A DNA stretch of 64,000 bases from the human T2T-CHM13v2.0 reference genome, Homo sapiens. Shown here piece by piece: positions 55,999-64,000 of this stretch. Position 1 is the first letter of the stretch, and every line of letters begins with the position of its first letter. The notes under the pieces were generated by a model. The model did not search any database, was not told the DNA's origin, and was given only the letters and a program-made list of their open reading frames with translations. The stretch lies in the NCBI RefSeq assembly GCF_009914755.1, contig NC_060947.1; one strand, written 5' to 3'. A program made the translations under genes and the position numbers.

Positions 55999-58715
55999 CA
56001 GTGATAGAAATTACCCAGAAAATGAACAAACAATAAAGTTAATGATACCAAAAGCTTGTTCAATGTATGATCAATGAAAATAATAAACCTCTAGCTAAAA
56101 ATGATAAACTGGAGTTTGTCAATATTAAGAACTTCTGCTCTTTGAAAGATTCCATTGGAAAGATTTTAATGATCAAGGAAAATGAGAGAAGACAAAAGTT
56201 ATCAATATCAGCAATGAAAGGGGAGACATCAGTACAGATATGTCAGACAAGAAAATTATAAGAAATATAATAAAGATATACCAATATATCCAACAAATAA
56301 AATGAAACTGACAAATTCCTTGAAATACTCAAATTACAAGTACTATCACAAGAAAAAATAGAAAATCTGAATAGCCCTAAATTTATTACAGAAATTACAT
56401 GTATAATTTAAAATAACCCCACAAAGAAAATCCCAAGCCCAGGAGATAGTGACACTGGTGAATTCCACAATACACTAAGAAAAAGTAATAGCAATCCAAT
56501 ACAAACATTTTGAGAAAATAATGAGCTAATTATATGAGACCAGTAAACCTGACTCTACTGATACCTAAGCCAGTAGAAACTTTAAAAAGAAAACTAGAAA
56601 GCAATAACCATCATAACCACTGATGCAAAAATCTTGTAAAATATTAGTATTTTTACCACATGGGTATATAAAAAATTTAATAAACCATGACCAAGTAGGG
56701 TTTATCCCAGGAATGCAAGGTTACTTTAGCATTCAAAATTCAATCAATGTAAGTAACAGAATAAAGGAGAACTATACAAAAACTCAACTCAGAAAAAAAG
56801 CATTCTAAGAAATTCAACACTTATCCATAATAAAAATTCAACAAATTAGGACGATAAAACAAATTCTTGAATCTAATAAAGGGCATTTAAGAAAAACCTG
56901 CAGACAATACCTAATGGTAAGAGACTGGTTTGCTCCCTAAGATTATTGAATTGTATGTCCTAGCTAGGGCATCAAGGTAAGAAGAAACAAAAGTCATACA
57001 GAATGGAAAGAAATAAAATAACACAATTGTTCAAATAGAAAATCTTAAGGATTTTTTTTAAAGCCACTAGAATAAGTGAAATTAGCAAGGTTGCCAAATA
57101 TGAGATCAATATAAGATCACTGAATTGAATGTCCTAGCTAGGGCATAAAGGTAAGAAAAAGAAATAAAAGGGATACAGAATGGACAGAAATAAAATAACA
57201 CAATTGTTCAAATAGAAAATCTTAAGGATTTTTTTAAGCCACTAGAATAAGTAAATTTAGCAAGGTTGCCAAATATGAGATCAATATACAAGAATCAACT
57301 GTATTTCTATATACTATCAATAATCATTAAATTAAAAATTTTAACATAATACTATTCACCATAGCATCAAAAACATGAGGCCCTAACAATAAATGTAATG
57401 AAATATGAATAAAATATCTACTCTTAAAACTACAAAGATATTTTCTGGGAGAATGTAAAAAAATCTACATAAATGGAGTAGTGTTCATGGATTGGAGGAC
57501 TCAATATGGTTAAGATTTCCATTCTCCCCAAATTAATATATAGATTAAAAGTAACACCAATCAAAATCTCATGCTTCATTGCAGAAATTCACAAATTTAC
57601 TCTAAATTGTTTATGAAAATTTAAGTAGCTAGAATAGCCTAAACACAAAATCCTAATTGTAGGATTTTGGCTACTGGATTTTAAGACTTAATATAGAATA
57701 ATCTAGACAGTGTGAATCTGATATAAGGATAGACATACAGATCAGAATAGAAAGTGCAGAAAATAGACCAACACATTATTTTTGATAAAGGTGCTAAAAT
57801 AACTCAATAGGGTTATTTCAACAAATAGTGCTGGAGCGAATGGCTACCCATGAATCTCAACCCTTACACTTCATACGATATACAACTCTTATGCTAAAGT
57901 GCATCATAAACGTAGCCAAAACTACAATTATACAAGAAAATATAAAGAAAATTTTCACAAATTTGACGTAGGTGAAATTTTCTTAGGTCACAAAAATCAG
58001 GAACCATGAAGGAAAAAAACTGTAAACTGGACTTCATCAAAATGAAAAACTTCTACTCTTTTAAAGATTCCATTAAGAATATAAAAGGGAAAGTTACAAA
58101 CTGGGAAAACATATTTGCAATATGTATATTTGACCAAGGAAGTGTATCCAGAATATACAAAGAACTCCTACAACTTAATACAAAAGACACACACCTCAAT
58201 GAAAAATAGACATCGGTGTAAGATCTGAAGATATACTTCAACAAAGATATATGAATGGCCAATAAGTGCAACATTTTTAGTCATAAGGTAAATGCAAATG
58301 AAAACCACAAGAAATATCATGACATACCCACCAGAATGGCTAAAATTAAAAAGGATGGCAATACCAAGTATTGGCAAGGATGTGGAAAAGCTGTAACTCT
58401 CATACATTACTGGTAATAACATAAAATAGTGCAACCACTATGGAAAATAGTTTGGCAGTTTCTTAATGACCTAGCAACTGCACTCTTGCATTTATGTGAG
58501 AGAAGTGACAATATGTCCAACTCAAAAGATTTACATTCAAACATTCAAAGCGGCTTTACTCAGCCCCAAAGTGGAAACAACATATATTTCTAAGAACAAG
58601 AAAATGGATTTAAAAACTTTGCTATATGCATGAAATGGAACATTACTAACCAATTTAAAAAGTACTAATACAACAGACATGGGGATGAATCTCAATACCA
58701 TTATTCTGAGCAAAA
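55999..58715 (+). mobile_element. Second ancient L1M (ORF2 to 3'UTR, L1ME-like)
   Basis: Restarts at early ORF2 sequence. Includes [14 protein letters not shown] (track ORF 56623-56808) and continues to a 3'UTR. Confidence 0.75.
56938..57288. repeat. ~174-bp tandem duplication in old L1
   Basis: Two diverged copies of taagat..tgaattg.atgtcctagctagggcat...tatgagatcaata. Confidence 0.95.
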
Positions 58716-59030
58716 GGATGTCTCTCTCAATATTTGCCCTTGGAACTCAGCTGCCATGCTATGAGGAAGCCTTTTCACAGAGAGAAGTCACATGAAGTGT
58801 AAGCCAAAGTTCCCAGGTAAAGTCTCTCAGTCAACAGCCAGCATCAATGGCCAGATGTGAGTTAGTGAGCCTTTAGAAGATTCCTGCCCTAGCCCTCGAG
58901 TCTTCTGACTCACACCCCAGATTTGCCCTGTCTAAACTGCAGAGCCCCAGAAGCTGTGAGTATATTAAATAGTTGCTTTATGACACTAAGTTTTGGGGTA
59001 ATTTGTTATGCAGCCACAGTACCTTGAGCA
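58715..59030 (+). mobile_element. MLT1G-like LTR, 3' part
   Basis: cagctgccatgctatgaggaagcc; taagttttggggtaatttgttatgcagc. Confidence 0.7.
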
Positions 59031-59173
59031 CCATGTGGTGAAGCAAAATATTCTAATCAAAACTGGCTATTGTAACATTAAATTAAAATTAGAGCAGGCA
59101 CTGACTTGTTTCTTTGTGCCAGAATGGCATCTCTAATGTGTTGTATTGCACCTTCTTATTTCTTGAAATATCA

Positions 59174-59587
<414 letters not shown>

Positions 59588-59749
59588 TCAAAATAAATAA
59601 ATGGCAGGATCATTATTTGAACCCAAGTCTCCTGAAATTAACTTCCTTTTCTTACTTACCATACTATTGTCCCTCTTACGGTGATGTCGTGAAAACTATT
59701 GTGACTGGTGAGGAGACTGACCAACTAGAATATGTTTGATGCACCTCTA

Positions 59750-61130
59750 AAATCTTCCTCCCCATCCAGCTCCATGGTCTTTTCTCTTGCTATTACTATT
59801 ACTTTCATCTCTCTTGATTCCTTTGTCCATCATGTCTGCTGTGTGTAATACTTCTCACTCTAGCACAATCTACCCATACAATTTTCCTTTCCTCAATTGT
59901 AGGCTACTTAGTGTTGCTGAGAGAAATCATATCTGCATGTTGATAAGCGCTGCTACAAATTCCTTGCATTTAGCCTCAGCGGGGGTGGGGGGAGGGGCCT
60001 TGAGGCAGCCTAGCAATGTCTCTTATCTCTCTTAACCTGCTATTACTAACTCTCTTATCTCTCTACTCTCTACCACCATGCCTACTCTCAGCAGGTGGCT
60101 CTGCCTCCCACCTGCTGAAAATCAGGCCATCAGCTGAGGGACATCCTCTGGTTCCTTCTCCTGCCTGCAGGCCTAGCTCTATCAGTACCTTGACTTTCTT
60201 TTGGTCTTGATGGAAGAGGGGCCCACCCTCCACCTGCTGCCTATCGAAGATCTCAGTCCATCAGTGCACCCTTTTCTTTCCTCTTAGCTCTCTCTTCTGG
60301 CAAAAAAGGAAAAAAAAAAAAAGATACTGGAATCCTTCCCATTTTAATCGCTACCCCTGCCTCCACATGCCCCTGCATCTATGACTGTTTCTCTCTCCTC
60401 TTCTCAGTCTAGCCATTTGAAAATTATCCTATATTTATTTTCCCTGCTTCCTCACTCCCCATTCCTTCCTCTGCCTACTACAATCTTGTTTTTGTCCCCA
60501 GTGCAATACCGAAATTGCTCTGGCCAAAGTTCACACTGGTTTCCATGTTGCCAAATTCCATAGACATTACAGTTGTTCCCTCATTTGGCTTCTTTATAGC
60601 ATTTGACAACACAGAAAATCTTTTTGATCTCAGCGTCTATGACAGCATTCTCTGATAATAATTCTTGTACTTCTCTTTCCCCCTCCTGGTTTCCTCTGTC
60701 TCTTTCCATCCTTTCTTTAAATTTAGGTGTTCGTCAGGATCATTCCTCATGACCATTTTTCATGACCAAAAATGGTTCCTCATGATCATTTTTTTTCATT
60801 GTGGCCTCTTAATATACTTTCTTTAAGCAATCACAGGTATTTCCGAAGTTTCGTCTATTACCAAAACGATGAAGATTTTCAAATCTTTTCTCTTTTGTTC
60901 AGATTGTGGTCCTAAATTTTAGACTAAAATATTTAACTGATCAACATTTATATTTCAAAAGTTACTGAGATGCAAGATGTCAAAAACTCATTTATTCTCC
61001 CTGACCCTTTGATAGTATCCATTTGAATAAAATAAGTAGCACCACTATCCAACTAGTCATATGAAGCAAAAACGTGGGCATTTCCTTCCTTAAGCCCTAT
61101 ACCACTAAGTTGTATTGAATGAATCTCCTT
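59750..61130 (+). mobile_element. L2 LINE relic
   Basis: ccgaaattgctctggccaaagt, ttgccaaattcca, agcatttgaca, caagatgtcaaaaactca motifs. Confidence 0.6.
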
Positions 61131-61239
61131 AAAGGAGGGGGAAAAAAAAGCAAAATGAAATAAAATCATTGCCAAGTATAATGAATGAGGTTGCTTGATA
61201 CATGTCATCAAAACTATACTCACTGTCATATACACAATC

Positions 61240-62244
61240 TCTCCACTCCTCATGCCACTTATCAATCTATTGTCTGTCAGCTCCAAATCCACACTTCATT
61301 GCCTGCTCTGCACTACTGGAGATTGACTGTGAATATTTTTCCAACTGGCACAACATTAAGCTTTGTCCACTAAGGGCACTGGAGGGGCACTGGAGGAGAA
61401 AGGGTTCTGTTGTCCCAGTTCCAGTGTTTTTCTCATCAGGCTCCTGCAGTGTGTGCAGTTTATCTGCAGTGCACAGTGGCCAGCAGCATGCATCTTTCCA
61501 TGTGCAGCTTCTCTTGGAACCCCCTTCAGGTGCCTTTACAGCAGAGCGCTGCTGGCAAGGTACTCTCCTTGTTACTGGCTTCCTCCAGCAGCCCCTCAGT
61601 GAGCTTGCTGCATGTTCAGAGTTCTGTCCCTAAGGATGGCTTCCCCTGGACTCCAGAGGGCAGATTTCCAATGAGTCCCACTAGCATGGTGTCTCAGTGA
61701 ACCTCACTGTGATCCGGTGAGTCATGGCCATATTTTCTTCAACAAGGTTCAGATCTTAGTGCTGCCAGGAGGAAGGCCAAACCTCTTCCTTGAGCATTCT
61801 ATCTCAGCCGTTGGAATAGCAGCTGTTCCTTATGCCTGTATTTTTCACAGTTCTCTAACTTTTACTAGCCAATTACCCCAACCCCTTGGCAATAATTCCT
61901 TATACTAAACTTTGCATGTTCAAATTAAATTACTATTGAAAAAGACCTAGTATTCGATATTACAACAGGGTGACTACAGCAGATAATAATTTAATGGTAC
62001 ACTTAAAAATAACTGCAAGAGTATTTTTGGGTTTTTTGTAACATAAAGGATAAATGCTTGAGGGAACAGATACCCCATTTTACAGGATGTGATTAATACA
62101 CATTGCATGCCTATATCAAAACATCTCACGTACCCCATAAATATATACTCCTACTCTGTACCAACAAAAATTTTTAAAAAGTCAAAAGAAACACATTAAA
62201 TTACTGTTTGGTTTCTGTCTCCTAACTGGACCCTGTTTGATATA
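61240..62244 (+). mobile_element. LTR33-family ERVL solo LTR (split by L1MA)
   Basis: aagctttgtccactaagggcactggagg internal motif; terminal ggtttctgtctcctaactggaccctgtttgata. Confidence 0.65.
61938..62194 (+). mobile_element. L1MA1/2-like 3' end inserted in LTR33
   Basis: caacagggtgactacagc...cattgcatgcctatatcaaaacatctcacgtaccccataaatatatac. TSD attaaattactRtt at 61924-61937 and 62195-62208. Confidence 0.85.
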
Positions 62245-63094
62245 CTACCCCACCTGTGAAAAAAATAACCAAAACTGTTATTACTGGGCTTTTAGATTAG
62301 ATTATCTAAAGTGATAAAATATTCACTCTAGATACCCAGCAAATACTTTGATTGCCCCGAATCACAAAAATTAAACTGGTCACATATAGAATGAAAGGAA
62401 AGACAAATATCAGCTTCACAATTTTTGTTTCAGACTCAAACGTTTTAAAATGTATTATAAACCAAAAACAGCAAAGTATGTTTTATTTCATGAAATACTC
62501 AAAGTTAATCCATCAATATCTGCCTATTATGATGAAATCAAACTAGCTCTGCACTCAGCTCCAAGAATTTCCTTACATGACAATTTTATGATGTGTTTCA
62601 GGAGTCCTGAGCCTTGCAGTGGATACTCTACCACTGGTTAGCAGATGACCTGTCTTTTCAGATAATTTTATAGACATAAAACCTCTTACTAAAAATGAAA
62701 AGCACTTTATAGTTCAAAAGGCAATCACTACCTGTTTCCTTATATTATTATTCATTCTTAAGAGAAGAATGCCAAAACGAAATTATAAAAACAGCCTGCC
62801 TGAAATAATTTCCCTATCTTTTGATTACAAAAATATTAAAATTCTGTTTTAACAAACAGTGCCAGACTGGATTTCAAATAGTCTGTAATTGTGCAACATG
62901 GTATGTCCTTATTTTAGTCTCCTATTCACAGTGACAAATTATTCACTGCTGTCATATGTATCCTGAATTGGGACTTAATGAGGACATTGGATCCTCTGGT
63001 AGGATTTTAGTACTGCCTCGGAATGGAGTAGCATCAACTACTACAATCTCACTCAAACATTAAGGCAACAAAGTTTAAGTTTAAAATTAATTGA

Positions 63095-63240
63095 TGTGGC
63101 AGATTAAAGATGGCCAGAAATTTTTTTGTCATCTCTCCCATCCAGAGGTGGGATCTACATCCTTTCTCCTTCCAACCAGGTGGCTCTGTGACTTCTCTAA
63201 CCAATAAAATATAGTGGAAACAAAACTGTGCCAGTTTCCC
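63095..63240 (+). mobile_element. MLT1G/H-like LTR, 5' part
   Basis: tgtggcagattaaagatggcc...ccaataaaatatagtggaa...tgtgccagtt. Confidence 0.65.
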
Positions 63241-63402
63241 TGTTAGCCTGATAGAGTATTTTCCTCAATATATTCTTAGACATTAATCAATGGTGTGTTA
63301 TCACTGCGTCCTCACATGGTAGGTGGAAGGGGTGAGTCAGCACTCTGAAGTCTCTAAGGGAAAATATAAAATATTTCCCTGTCACCATACTGCTTTGGCC
63401 CT

Positions 63403-63723
63403 TGGTTTAGTTTTTTGTTTTGTTTTGTTTTGTTTTTGAGACAGGGTCTCACTCTGCTGCCCAGGCTGGAGTGCAGTGGTGCCATCTTGGCTCACTGCAA
63501 TTCTGCCTCCTGGGTTCAAGCAATTCTCACACCTTAGCCTCCTGAGTAGCTGGGACTACAGGTCCATGCCACCATGCCTGGCTAAGTTTTGTATTTGTTG
63601 GTAAAGACAGGGCTTCACCATGTTGGTTGGCCGGGCTGGTCTCGAACTCCTGACCTCAAGTGATCTGCCCACCTCGACTTCCCAAAGTGCTGGGATTACA
63701 GGTGTGAGCCACCACGCCCAGCC
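63403..63723 (-). mobile_element. Alu (S-like)
   Basis: (TTTTG)n tail then Alu reverse complement. Confidence 0.94.
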
Positions 63724-64000
63724 AAGATTAGTTTTAAAATACCAGATTTTGTGTATGGCTAGTCTAATAATTGTCAATTTTCATTTAAGAGAAATCTTTA
63801 TAAGACATAAATATCACTTTAGTGTAATTGTATCCCTTTCATTATTCTTGGCTTAATTTTAATAATTATTGACTATTTAATGGAACCCATCGTTTTCAAT
63901 GTGCATTGGTGAAACTGTTATTAACTCCTCTTAACTGAAATGCTAGCAGTTTATTAAGGCAAAAAATGTTTTAAAAATACAATGTAATGCATTTACTTTA

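Noticed and set aside
61185-61908. Cluster of overlapping ORFs
   Set aside because: Falls within the GC-richer LTR33 element; no coding signature.

Overview
Primate (human or great-ape) genomic DNA, mostly interspersed repeats, lying inside the X-linked CASK gene, which is transcribed on the minus strand. The only host coding sequence I can support is a 106-nt minus-strand exon (24117-24222). It encodes (D)[34 protein letters not shown](F) of the CASK CaM-kinase domain (exon 3 by my recollection of the gene) and is too short for the ORF track. The rest is intron: 32 Alu/FLAM copies, a full-length but disabled L1PA4-like LINE-1 (45524-51722), younger L1 fragments, old L1M/HAL1/L2/L3/MIR, MaLR/ERVL LTRs and Tigger/Charlie/Blackjack DNA transposons. 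Nearly all ORFs in the track are repeat-derived or random. I see no evidence of a wholly new biological system. The strongest observations are: (1) a 131-nt RPS3A retrocopy inside an Alu, whose junction forms a candidate splice acceptor in phase with CASK, followed by a stop codon and poly(A) signal; (2) a probable L1-insertion-mediated deletion in a three-layer nest; (3) a short 3' transduction, retained ZNF93 segment and crippled antisense ORF0 in the full-length L1; (4) candidate poison exons. Repeat subfamily names come from recalled consensus sequences, not from a search, and the boundaries of old repeats are approximate.
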